NCBI GenBank assembly: GCA_963705225.1
Contig: OY970060.1
Span: 636,501 to 668,500, forward strand
Reading direction: 5' to 3'
DNA from: an uncultured Acidobacteriota bacterium
GTDB lineage: Bacteria > Acidobacteriota > Blastocatellia > Pyrinomonadales > Pyrinomonadaceae
DNA: 32,000 nt
Part shown: positions 15,267 to 24,368 of the stretch, piece after piece
Position numbering within the stretch: the stretch's first letter is position 1
Layout of the letters: every line of letters starts with the position of its first letter
Notes under the pieces: model-generated
What the model saw: the letters and a program-made list of their open reading frames with translations, nothing else
Told to the model about the DNA's origin: nothing
Database searches by the model: none
Translations under genes and position numbers: made by a program

Positions 15267-15827
15267 ATGCTGAATCGCATCTACCGTAAGCTTGAAAGCC
15301 TGGCTACTTTGCAGATTTTCGGGATTTTAATTTTTCTTTTCATTCTGTGTTATGGCGGTTTTCAGGAACGAAATAAAGCCCTGGTACCGCAGGTTAGACC
15401 GCTGGCGGCGGTAACTATAAGTCCGCCCGACGGGCGCCCTTACGGTTATTCTCCCCAGGAAGCCGCTGATTTTTTTAAGGAAATAAGAGATGGCGGGCGG
15501 AAAATTTATGCCCTGTCCGAGCTTACCCTGGACGTGTTCTTTCCGTTTATTTACGGCGGGATACTGGTCATTTTGCTGATCACGTACTGGAAGTGGCGGC
15601 ATCTGCTGCTGCTGCCGTTGATTGCCGCCGGCGCCGATCTGCTGGAAAATATCACGCTGGCTTTTCTTGCCTTAAGCTTCGATGGAACGGCTTCGCCGGT
15701 CGCTTACGTCGCTTCTGCCTTCACCGTTATCAAAGGGGCGGGCATTCTTTTATCGCTGCTGCTGATCGTGGCGGGAATGCTTCTGTTTCTGTGGCGCGCG
15801 CTTTTTTCTCCACGCGCTCAGGATTGA
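15267..15827 (+). CDS. Integral membrane hypothetical protein
   Basis: The 186-aa ORF has several clear hydrophobic helices. Confidence 0.6.
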   Translation: MLNRIYRKLESLATLQIFGILIFLFILCYGGFQERNKALVPQVRPLAAVTISPPDGRPYGYSPQEAADFFKEIRDGGRKIYALSELTLDVFFPFIYGGILVILLITYWKWRHLLLLPLIAAGADLLENITLAFLALSFDGTASPVAYVASAFTVIKGAGILLSLLLIVAGMLLFLWRALFSPRAQD

Positions 15828-15962
15828 TTCGGAAGTTTCTGCCCCGAGGCGTCGATCTGGATTTACTGGTGTTATTGGCTTTTACCTCAATAGTGTGAGC
15901 CGCTCGCATCAAAAATCACGGTAAGGAGATTGTTGGATGACAATGATTGGAGGGATTTAAAA

Positions 15963-16445
15963 ATGTCGATAACTTATTCAATTCTGTTTGCGTTCGGTAT
16001 CTGCATCATAGCCGCGATATTTGAAGGCTTATTCGCCGGAAAAAACATAAAACCCTTTCTTGAAAAACTTCGCACCCCGGCATATTCTCCGACATTTGCA
16101 ATCTGGGTTATTATCGGCGTGGGCTATTACGCGATCTGCTTTACTATTCTTTATCGGCTGTTCAGATTTGAGACTGAAAACTCGGTAAGAGATTTAGCGT
16201 TACTAATGTTGCTGAAAGTAATGGCGATCAATGCGCTTTGGAATTATTTTTTCTTTCGCCGCCAAAGCCTGTTTTATAGTAATCTGCTGGCGGTTGGTTA
16301 CTCGCTGATAGCTATTGCTTTATTTATTTGCCTGATTCAGTTTGATGTAATTGCGGCTCTGGTTTTAGTCCCGTACCTGCTTTATCTGATCTATGCGTTT
16401 CGCTGGGGTTATGGATTATGGAAACTCAATCCCGATCTAAGATAA
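15963..16445 (+). CDS. tspO: TspO/MBR-family (tryptophan-rich sensory protein)-like membrane protein
   Basis: It has five hydrophobic segments. TspO-like blocks are LRTPAYSPTFAIWVIIGVGYY, INALWNYFFFRRQS and LVPYLLYLIYAFRWGYGLWKLN. I prefer the ATG at 15963 because GGAGGG lies 8 nt upstream. The track ORF starts at a TTG at 15930. Confidence 0.65.
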   Translation: MSITYSILFAFGICIIAAIFEGLFAGKNIKPFLEKLRTPAYSPTFAIWVIIGVGYYAICFTILYRLFRFETENSVRDLALLMLLKVMAINALWNYFFFRRQSLFYSNLLAVGYSLIAIALFICLIQFDVIAALVLVPYLLYLIYAFRWGYGLWKLNPDLR

Positions 16446-16526
16446 AGCACTTTTAACACGAATGACACGAGCAAATCCGAACCGCGACTTTATCTAACAG
16501 TTCTAAGTAACCAACCCTTATTTAAC

Positions 16527-17036
16527 TCAGCTCTGCACCATCGGGGCATTTTTGATCGCCGATTTGAGCTTAACGGCCGAAAGTAATCCCCTGATGATAA
16601 AGATCAGCGCAAAGGCGTGAAAGCCCATGGCCAGCCAGTCGCCAAAGAAGAGATAAAGCAGCGCGTCCAGCACATAAAGAACCGTCCCGACGATAAAAGC
16701 CGCCACGCTGCCCTTGCCGCCAAAAAATCCGAACATCGCAAATATTCCCGCTACCAGAATATTCAGCACCAGCGCCAGCACCCTAAAGGCATTGAAATCA
16801 CCGCCCTGTCCGCCGGCCGCTATCATAAAGCCGTCGATAAATTGGGTAAAAGCCAGGCCGACGATAAAATTCACGCTGCCGCCCCCGATCAGAATGAACG
16901 AATTGATCAGCGAAAGAGCGGCGATCCAGTAAAACCAGTTTGCCCCGCTTTTTATCACCCGGGCGGTTTGGGCCGCTTCGATATCGTCCATCGGCGGGTC
17001 GGGCCGCTGGTTTTCCGTTTCGTTAAAAATTGACAT
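16527..17036 (-). CDS. Integral membrane hypothetical protein
   Basis: The 169-aa ORF is Gly-rich and hydrophobic. I prefer it over the overlapping plus-strand 138-aa frame, which is basic and low-complexity. Confidence 0.6.
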   Translation of the reverse strand: MSIFNETENQRPDPPMDDIEAAQTARVIKSGANWFYWIAALSLINSFILIGGGSVNFIVGLAFTQFIDGFMIAAGGQGGDFNAFRVLALVLNILVAGIFAMFGFFGGKGSVAAFIVGTVLYVLDALLYLFFGDWLAMGFHAFALIFIIRGLLSAVKLKSAIKNAPMVQS

Positions 17037-17131
17037 TTCGGGGTTTTACCTTATAGTTTGAGTTTATATTTTTTGTCTTTTGCGAAACCAATACTAATCT
17101 GTTTCATCTAAAAATTACAGTCCGCAAGGTT

Positions 17132-19855
17132 ATGAAAATAAAAACTTTTCCGCTGATAGTTTGCCTGCAACTGCTCCTCGCGTTGTCGTTTTCCTTATTC
17201 GCGCAAGATCTGACGGTCAGGCAGATAATGGCCGATCCTTCGCTGGCCGGGATGCGCCCCGAAGCGGAAAGGCTCTCGCCCGACGGCAAAAAAGTCGTCT
17301 TTATGTGGAACGAAAGCGGCAAAGACCCGAAGAACCTCTATCTCTGGAACGGCATCGGCGATGCAAAGGTAATTCTGCGCCCGTCCGACCTCGGGCCGTC
17401 CGCAGCGGGAGGGGACGGCGGACGCGTCGGAAATCCGCTTAGTTACGGCGTCACCGTGCGCGATGAATTCAGCCGACGCGGCGCGGGCGGCATCGGTAAT
17501 CTCGACTGGTCGCCCGATTCGAAAAAGATACTTTTTAGCCAGAGCGGCGATCTCTGGGTGATGGATATCACCAATAATGAATCCGCGTCCGAAGACAATG
17601 TTTTGCGAAATTGGAAGAACGTCGAAACCACGCTTATCCGGCTGACCGATCTGGTGCCGGTGCTGGTCAATGCCGTAAAGCAGGCCGGAGTGCAGGAACC
17701 CGATATCTTTCTAAAAATCGCCGATCTGCGCTCCAAACTTTTGTCCTCTCTCCAGGCCGCGGGAGTAAGGACCGCCTCGCAGCGGCAGGACATCCTGCGA
17801 ACCGGGCAGGCTCTCGCCTCCGCCGCCGGGTCGCTGGTAAAACTGGACGAAAAATATCCGGCGTTAAGATCTAACCAATTATTCAAGGCTTCCTCGGACG
17901 AGGTTCAGGGAGTGTCCAACCGGATCACGGCTGTCAGGTCCGATTTTGACTCCGTGTTAAAAGCGGCGTCTCCGAATATCAAGCGCCTGACCAAAACCCA
18001 GTCGCCGGAAGTTTTCGCCCGCTGGCTGGACAACCGCCGCATAGCTTTTTCGCAGAGCGGAAATATTTTTGTGATCGATACCGAAGGCTTTTCCCTGATC
18101 CAGCTGACCCGCGAAGCCAACCCGGCTGCCTTCATCAGCGTGCAAAATTCCGTCGCCAGTAAAGATGGCAGCGTGATGGCCTACGTCGTCTCCGACAGTT
18201 CGAAACAGCGCCCGCTGGTGGTGCCGAATTACCTGGATGAATTCGTTCAGGCGCAGCCCACGCGGCGCGGTTTCAGCACCGATCAAAAAGTTTTCGTCAC
18301 CAAAACCGACGGCAGCACCGAACGCGTCTTCGAGATCAAACTTCCCAAGCCCGAAGGCGTCGGTTACGTTCGCGGGCTCGACTGGGCCGCCGACAACAGC
18401 AGCCTGATCGTCGACCGCATCGACAAAGACCTGAAACATCGCCAGCTTTTTTATGTCTTTCACGCCGGCGGCAAAGACGAGCAGATAATCACCATCACGG
18501 ACGAGACCGATGACAAATGGATCGCGCCGCTTTCGCGTATGGTCGAGCCGAATCCGAAAGACAACGGTACACTGATGTTCGCTTCGGAAAAAGACGGCTT
18601 TAATCATCTCTACCTGGCGACGCTGCCCCGGCGCGCCGCCGAACCCAATCCGACCGGCGAGCGGCGGCAGGAAAATGTGTCCGATCCCGGTTTTACCGGC
18701 GCGGTAAAGATCGAGCAGCTGACGAAAGGAAACTTCGAGGTCGATTGGGCGAAATGGCAGAGCGACGGTGAAGCCGTCTTTTATTCTTCGACCGAAGACA
18801 GCCCCGCGATCCGGGAATTTTACGCGATCTATCCCGGGCGAAACGCTCAAAAAGTAAGGATCAATACCGCCGCCGGCGGAATGAAGGGCTCCGCCCAGAT
18901 CGCCGACACCGGCGCCAATCCGATGATGCTCTATAGCGGTTCGCAATGGAACAAACCGACCGAGCTTTTTATCGTAAAAATTTGCCCGAATTGCCGCGGC
19001 ATGTCCTATCCGGACCGGGTCACAAATTCGACGCCGGAAGCTTTCGGCAAAATGACCTGGCTCGAACCGAAATTTATCGACATTCCGAGCAAGGACGGCA
19101 AGGTCATCAAGTCCAAGATCTACCTGCCGCCGGGACATACTCCTGCCAGCGCGGGTAAATATCCGATGGTTATTTTCGTGCACGGCGCGGGCTACCTGCA
19201 AAACACCATCAACGGCTGGAATAATTATTACCGCGAGTTCATGTTCAATGAAATGCTGGCGCAAAAAGGCTACGTCGTTTTAGACATCGACTATCGCGGC
19301 TCCGCCGGTTACGGGCGCGACTGGCGCACCGACGTTTATGATTTTCTCGGCGGGCCCGACATGCAGGATCACGTCGATGCGATAGATTTCATGGTCAAAA
19401 ATTATGGGGTCGAGCAGAAAAAGATCGGCGTATACGGCGGCAGCTACGGCGGTTTTATGGCTGAGATGCTGGCCATGCGCGCGCCTGACAAAATAGCGGC
19501 GGCGGCGGCGCTGCGCCCGGTGGCGGACTGGAAAAATTATTTCGCGTCCTCGCCGATCTACACCGCCGAACGCCTGGGCTTTCCCGACAAAAACCCCGAA
19601 GCCTACAAACGCAGCTCGCCGATCGCCTACGCCGACAAGCTGGAACGCCCGCTGCTGATCCTGCACGGGCTGCAGGACGACAACGTCCACGCGCAGGATT
19701 CGATCCAGCTGGCGGAGAAACTCATCCGCCTCGGCAAGACCGAATATTTCGAAATAATGCTCTACCCGGCGGAAAGCCACAGCTTTACCCGCCCCGAAAG
19801 CTGGACCGACGAATATACGAGAATATTGACCTTTTTTGAAAAACACCTAAAATGA
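17132..19855 (+). CDS. S9 family serine peptidase (DPP-IV/acylaminoacyl-peptidase type) with an inserted LemA-like helical module
   Basis: The 907-aa ORF has a signal peptide. The propeller-type N-terminal region contains repeated SPDGKK/SPDSKK-type blade motifs. The catalytic domain has the nucleophile motif GVYGGSYGGFMA, the Asp motif LILHGLQDDNV and the His motif ESHSF. The insertion at about nt 17596-17999 matches LemA motifs (see findings). Confidence 0.9.
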   Translation: MKIKTFPLIVCLQLLLALSFSLFAQDLTVRQIMADPSLAGMRPEAERLSPDGKKVVFMWNESGKDPKNLYLWNGIGDAKVILRPSDLGPSAAGGDGGRVGNPLSYGVTVRDEFSRRGAGGIGNLDWSPDSKKILFSQSGDLWVMDITNNESASEDNVLRNWKNVETTLIRLTDLVPVLVNAVKQAGVQEPDIFLKIADLRSKLLSSLQAAGVRTASQRQDILRTGQALASAAGSLVKLDEKYPALRSNQLFKASSDEVQGVSNRITAVRSDFDSVLKAASPNIKRLTKTQSPEVFARWLDNRRIAFSQSGNIFVIDTEGFSLIQLTREANPAAFISVQNSVASKDGSVMAYVVSDSSKQRPLVVPNYLDEFVQAQPTRRGFSTDQKVFVTKTDGSTERVFEIKLPKPEGVGYVRGLDWAADNSSLIVDRIDKDLKHRQLFYVFHAGGKDEQIITITDETDDKWIAPLSRMVEPNPKDNGTLMFASEKDGFNHLYLATLPRRAAEPNPTGERRQENVSDPGFTGAVKIEQLTKGNFEVDWAKWQSDGEAVFYSSTEDSPAIREFYAIYPGRNAQKVRINTAAGGMKGSAQIADTGANPMMLYSGSQWNKPTELFIVKICPNCRGMSYPDRVTNSTPEAFGKMTWLEPKFIDIPSKDGKVIKSKIYLPPGHTPASAGKYPMVIFVHGAGYLQNTINGWNNYYREFMFNEMLAQKGYVVLDIDYRGSAGYGRDWRTDVYDFLGGPDMQDHVDAIDFMVKNYGVEQKKIGVYGGSYGGFMAEMLAMRAPDKIAAAAALRPVADWKNYFASSPIYTAERLGFPDKNPEAYKRSSPIAYADKLERPLLILHGLQDDNVHAQDSIQLAEKLIRLGKTEYFEIMLYPAESHSFTRPESWTDEYTRILTFFEKHLK

Positions 19856-19922
19856 GTGTTCAGTGATCGGTGGCCAGTTGCCGGTTTAAGCATCTGACCA
19901 CTGAACACCGACCACTGACCAC
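19856..19922. repeat. REP-E hairpin (GTGGTCAGTGG-type), possible terminator of the peptidase gene
   Basis: In gtgttcagtgatcggtggccag...ctgaccactgaacaccgaccactgaccac, the arm gtgttcagtg (19856-19865) pairs with cactgaacac (19900-19909). The same motif family occurs at 26771-26795 and 26903-26915. Confidence 0.7.
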
Positions 19923-19926
19923 TTTT

Positions 19927-20891
<965 letters not shown>

Positions 20892-20892
<1 letters not shown>

Positions 20893-21063
20893 AATGAGGT
20901 CAGAACCGGGAACGGTAGTGGCCGGGTAGTTTTTTTGATTGTAGGGTTTTTGCTTTGAGTAAATGTCAGAACCGGGAGCGGTAGCGACCGGGTTCTTCAA
21001 ACTCGTTACCACACTCAACCTATCAAAAAAAAAGAAATCTACCCGGTCGCTCCCGGTTCTGAC
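20892..21063. repeat. REP-A variants (three copies)
   Basis: The copies are aatgaggtcagaaccgggaacggtagtggccgggta (20892-20927), tgtcagaaccgggagcggtagcgaccgggt (20964-20993) and the inverted acccggtcgctcccggttctgac (21041-21063). Confidence 0.8.
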
Positions 21064-21182
21064 CCGTTGCAATGGCGGATGCTAATATTTGTGGGTGCTG
21101 TTAACCTGGAAAGCTCATTAAGACGAAATGCATTAAATTACTATATAATTAGATTCCCATTTTTAACGGAGAACTTTATCAA

Positions 21183-22181
21183 ATGAAATATCTTATCACC
21201 GGCGGGGCGGGTTTTATCGGCAGCCATCTGGCCGACAAACTGCTTAAAGGCGGGCATGAACTGACCATTATCGACGATCTTTCGACCGGGCGTTATTCGA
21301 ACATCGCCCATCTCGAAGGCCAGCCCGGCGTCACGATCATCATCGACACCGTGCTCAACGAGCGCCTGATGGAAGGCCTGATCCGCGATTGCGACCGTGT
21401 TTTTCATCTCGCCAGCGCGGTCGGCGTCCGGCTCATCATGGAACAGCCCGTCCGCACCATCGAAACGATTTTCGGCGGCACCGACGTCGTGCTGCGCTAC
21501 TGTTCGCGTTATCGCAAACGCGTCCTAATTCCAAGCACCAGTGAGGTTTACGGCAAAGGAACGTCCGTTCCCTTTCGCGAAGAAGACGACGTGCTGACCG
21601 GCGCCACCAGCAAGCACCGCTGGGCTTACGCCTGCGCTAAATCGCTCGACGAATTTCTCGCGTTGGCGCATTGGAAGGAAACCCGGCTGCCGGTCGTCGT
21701 CGTTCGCCTTTTCAACACCGTCGGGCCGCGCCAGACGGGGCAATACGGCATGGTGGTGCCGAATTTCATTAAAGCGGCGCTGAAAAACGACCCGATCCCG
21801 GTGCACGGCGACGGCACCCAGACACGCTGTTTCGGACATGTGCTCGACGTGGTCGAAGCCCTGATCGTGCTGCCGGAAACCCCGGAATGTTTCGGGCAGG
21901 TGATAAATATCGGCAACGACAGCGAAGTTTCGATCAATGCCCTGGCGGAAAAGGCGATCGAAATGACCGGAAGCCGCAGCGAGATCGGCTTTATTTCCTA
22001 TGATGAAGCCTATGGCGACGGTTTCGAAGACATGCAGCGCAGGGTTCCCTGCCTCGATAAAGCGCGCAGATTGATCAATTATCAGCCAACCCGCACCTTG
22101 GAAAACATCATCAATGATGTGGCTGCGGAATTCCGGCAGGAACTTAAAATTGAGGCCGAAAAAGCCGTCACGGCTAAATAA
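21183..22181 (+). CDS. NAD-dependent epimerase/dehydratase (extended SDR) family protein
   Basis: Rossmann motif: [21 protein letters not shown]. Also present: STSEVYGKG, the YACAKSLDE (YxxxK) motif, and RLFNTVGPRQ. GGAGA lies upstream of the ATG. Substrate specificity cannot be called. Confidence 0.85.
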   Translation: MKYLITGGAGFIGSHLADKLLKGGHELTIIDDLSTGRYSNIAHLEGQPGVTIIIDTVLNERLMEGLIRDCDRVFHLASAVGVRLIMEQPVRTIETIFGGTDVVLRYCSRYRKRVLIPSTSEVYGKGTSVPFREEDDVLTGATSKHRWAYACAKSLDEFLALAHWKETRLPVVVVRLFNTVGPRQTGQYGMVVPNFIKAALKNDPIPVHGDGTQTRCFGHVLDVVEALIVLPETPECFGQVINIGNDSEVSINALAEKAIEMTGSRSEIGFISYDEAYGDGFEDMQRRVPCLDKARRLINYQPTRTLENIINDVAAEFRQELKIEAEKAVTAK

Positions 22182-22215
22182 TAAGTGGTTTGCCCATAAA
22201 TACCGTAAAGGTAAC

Positions 22216-22343
22216 GGGTCAGTACCGGGAACGCAGTGACCGGCTAGTGATACAAACTGTTTGTTAAATTTTTATTCGTGAATAGGATGGTGAAGTTTTA
22301 ATGTCGGAGCCGGTCACTACGTTCCCGGTACTGACCTCATTAC
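22216..22343. repeat. REP-A inverted pair (MITE-like, ~128 bp)
   Basis: The arm gggtcagtaccgggaacgcagtgaccggct (22216-22245) faces gagccggtcactacgttcccggtactgacctcattac (22307-22343). Confidence 0.85.
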
Positions 22344-22393
22344 GATCACCTATTTCATTTTATGGGTGACGCCATAATAAGCAAATAATAAAC

Positions 22394-23011
22394 ATGAAGC
22401 GTTTTCTGACCCTGACATTCGTATTGCTTTCCCTGTCGCTTGCGGCCTTCGCGCAGAGCGGCGGCGTCAAGGGCAAGGTGCGCGTGGAAAGCAATGACAA
22501 GGGATTAGGCGGGGTGGAAATAACCGCCGAGCAGGAAGGCAAAGTGCTCAAAACAGCTTCCAGCGCGGCCAACGGCGATTTTTACATTCAGGGGCTGGCC
22601 GACGGTATCTACACGCTCACCTTCGACAAAGACGGCTACAGCAAAAGCGGGCTGCGTTTCGAGGTCAAAAAAGGCAAGATCACCGATCTCAGCAACCGCC
22701 GCCTGGGGATGCGGGTCGATCAGGGCACGATGGTCATCGTTCAGGGCACGGTCTTCGACCAGGATGGGTTTAGCCTGCCGGGCGCCAGAGTTGCGATCGA
22801 AAGGCTTACCTCCGGCAACGTCTGGGAAAAGATCAAAGCCATTTACAGCAGCGAAGACGGCGAATTTCTTTTCCGCTTTCCCTCGAACACGCCGACCACC
22901 TATCGCGTCACCGTCAGCTACAAAGACACCCCGCCGCAGACAAAAGAAAGACCGACCGATTTCGCCGGCATCTATCGCCTGGCATTCAATCTCCCGGTAA
23001 AAAGACAGTAG
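22394..23011 (+). CDS. Secreted protein with two carboxypeptidase-regulatory-like (CarboxypepD_reg) domains
   Basis: It has a signal peptide. The first domain is GGVKGKVRVE...GLGGVEITAEQEGKVLKTASSAANGDFYIQGLADGIYTLTFDKDGYS. A second VQGTVFDQDGFSLPGARVAIERL block follows. Confidence 0.8.
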   Translation: MKRFLTLTFVLLSLSLAAFAQSGGVKGKVRVESNDKGLGGVEITAEQEGKVLKTASSAANGDFYIQGLADGIYTLTFDKDGYSKSGLRFEVKKGKITDLSNRRLGMRVDQGTMVIVQGTVFDQDGFSLPGARVAIERLTSGNVWEKIKAIYSSEDGEFLFRFPSNTPTTYRVTVSYKDTPPQTKERPTDFAGIYRLAFNLPVKRQ

Positions 23012-23014
23012 TTT

Positions 23015-23100
23015 CAGAAGTTCCAGATTTAGATTTTAAGTTTGGCTCCCTGGCCCTGGGTGTGTGGAATCTGGAACTTCTGTAAACTCTGGAACTTCTG
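23015..23100. repeat. Long hairpin / local repeat downstream of 22394..23011
   Basis: The arm cagaagttccagatt (23015-23029) is the perfect reverse complement of aatctggaacttctg (23068-23082). A second ctctggaacttctg copy lies at 23087-23100. Confidence 0.7.
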
Positions 23101-23135
23101 AAAACTTCTAAAATCTAAAAGGAGCTAAAAAATCA

Positions 23136-23555
23136 ATGCCCTCAATTTACACTTCACAGGTAGCCGTTTCGCAGTCGGTAGGCCCCACCAGCAGCACTTT
23201 CGCCCCGATTCCGGGACTCGACACGCTCACCGTCACAGATCAGGAATTGCAATTCGGCGGGACCGCCTTCATCTCGCTATTTTTGGGCCAGGTCTATTGG
23301 TCGTCTCCCGGCGCGGTCTCTTTTCTTAATATCGCCATTAACGAGGTGGTGTCCGGCGATTTGATCTGCCGGGTATACTGCACTAACGGAAACCAGCTTT
23401 CGAGCATCATAAATATTTCCGCCACCTACACTATCCCGGCCAACACACAGCCGCAATTTTCCGCCTCATGGATGGTGGAAAGAACTCAGGGAGCGGAGAT
23501 CCTGGTGCCGACTACATTTTCGTTTTCCGCGATGGTGTTTGAAAGCATAATGTAA
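23136..23555 (+). CDS. Hypothetical protein (beta-rich, 139 aa)
   Basis: A strong SD, AAGGAG, lies about 10 nt upstream of the ATG. I recognise no family. Confidence 0.65.
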   Translation: MPSIYTSQVAVSQSVGPTSSTFAPIPGLDTLTVTDQELQFGGTAFISLFLGQVYWSSPGAVSFLNIAINEVVSGDLICRVYCTNGNQLSSIINISATYTIPANTQPQFSASWMVERTQGAEILVPTTFSFSAMVFESIM

Positions 23556-23560
23556 GAAAA

Positions 23561-23720
23561 TGGCCGCGGATTTTCACGGATAAACACGGAAAAGAAATTC
23601 TGATCCGTGCAGATCCGCGCCTGATTTTATTTGAATGTTAAGAGCGCCTTCATCCGCTGTAAAAAATTAGCCGCAAAAAGGCGGGACTCAAAACAGCGGG
23701 CAGGGATGCTCGCGCTCCAT
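23561..23720. repeat. Cluster of GC-rich REP-like hairpin motifs in a convergent intergenic region
   Basis: The motifs are ttcacggataaacacgg, gatccgtgcagatccgcg, gccgcaaaaaggcgggac and cagcgggcagggatgctcgcgctcc. These short motifs are of the kind that yield recurrent spurious peptides in acidobacterial or planctomycete genomes (recalled). Confidence 0.5.
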
Positions 23721-23724
23721 ATTT

Positions 23725-24171
23725 TTAGTTCACCGATTCCGAGCTAAGACGCGCTCCGACCGGCCCGCCGGAACCGGCGTTAACGGTCTGGATATCGGTC
23801 ACGATCAGCGGCAGTTCTTCCAGCACGTCCTGGCCGGTCAGCGTCTGCACCCAGTATGTCCCCGCCGAAGGGAAAACCACGTTGACAAAAAAGCTGACAT
23901 TATCGGTGTAGCTGTCCGGCGCCAGCGACACCTGCGTCGGCTGGGAAGTGACCACAACGCGGCTTTTGTCGGGCGACATGATCCGCACTTCGGTGTCGTA
24001 ATTCCCTTCGCCTTCCAGGTGATTGACCACGGCGAATTTGATCAGCGAAACGGGCAGTTTTTCGACCATGATATTTTGAAACACGCCCATTAGCGAGATC
24101 TTGTTTCCCATCTCCAGCCGCACGTCATCGCACAGCAGCGTGTACATAAGTTGTAAATTACGTTCTTCCAT
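23725..24171 (-). CDS. Hypothetical protein (148 aa)
   Basis: The clean ORF begins MEERNLQLMYTLLCDDVRLEMGNKISLMGVF... I cannot confidently recognise a family. Confidence 0.65.
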   Translation of the reverse strand: MEERNLQLMYTLLCDDVRLEMGNKISLMGVFQNIMVEKLPVSLIKFAVVNHLEGEGNYDTEVRIMSPDKSRVVVTSQPTQVSLAPDSYTDNVSFFVNVVFPSAGTYWVQTLTGQDVLEELPLIVTDIQTVNAGSGGPVGARLSSESVN

Positions 24172-24243
24172 TAGATCTATTTATCGCCTCTCACAAAAAT
24201 ATCTGAGACTATAAACGGCTATTAAGCGCGTTTTTTCATAACC

Positions 24244-24310
24244 GTTTAGAGTTCAAGCTTTAGCTTGTCTTATTTAAGAATTAAGACAAGCTAAAGCTTG
24301 AACTCTAAAC
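24244..24310. repeat. Perfect 29-bp-stem palindrome (REP-C arm in hairpin form)
   Basis: The arm gtttagagttcaagctttagcttgtctta (24244-24272) is followed by the loop tttaagaat and then taagacaagctaaagcttgaactctaaac (24282-24310), followed by ttttt. Confidence 0.9.
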
Positions 24311-24368
24311 TTTTTGATCATTTCCCGCATTTTCCCCCTTAAAAGCAAGATTTATTAAAATTTTGTCT

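Noticed and set aside
17957-19264. Long antisense ORFs inside well-supported genes: 435 aa at 17957..19264 (-), 188 aa at 19280..19846 (-), 209 aa at 14258..14887 (-), 179 aa at 29015..29554 (-), 174 aa at 26970..27494 (+) and 156 aa at 19936..20406 (-).
   Set aside because: They lie entirely opposite CDSs that have clear family motifs (S9 peptidase, acid phosphatase, M61-like peptidase, SH3b lipoprotein, UXS). Their translations are Arg/Gly/Pro/Ala-rich and low-complexity, which is typical of shadow frames in GC-rich coding DNA.
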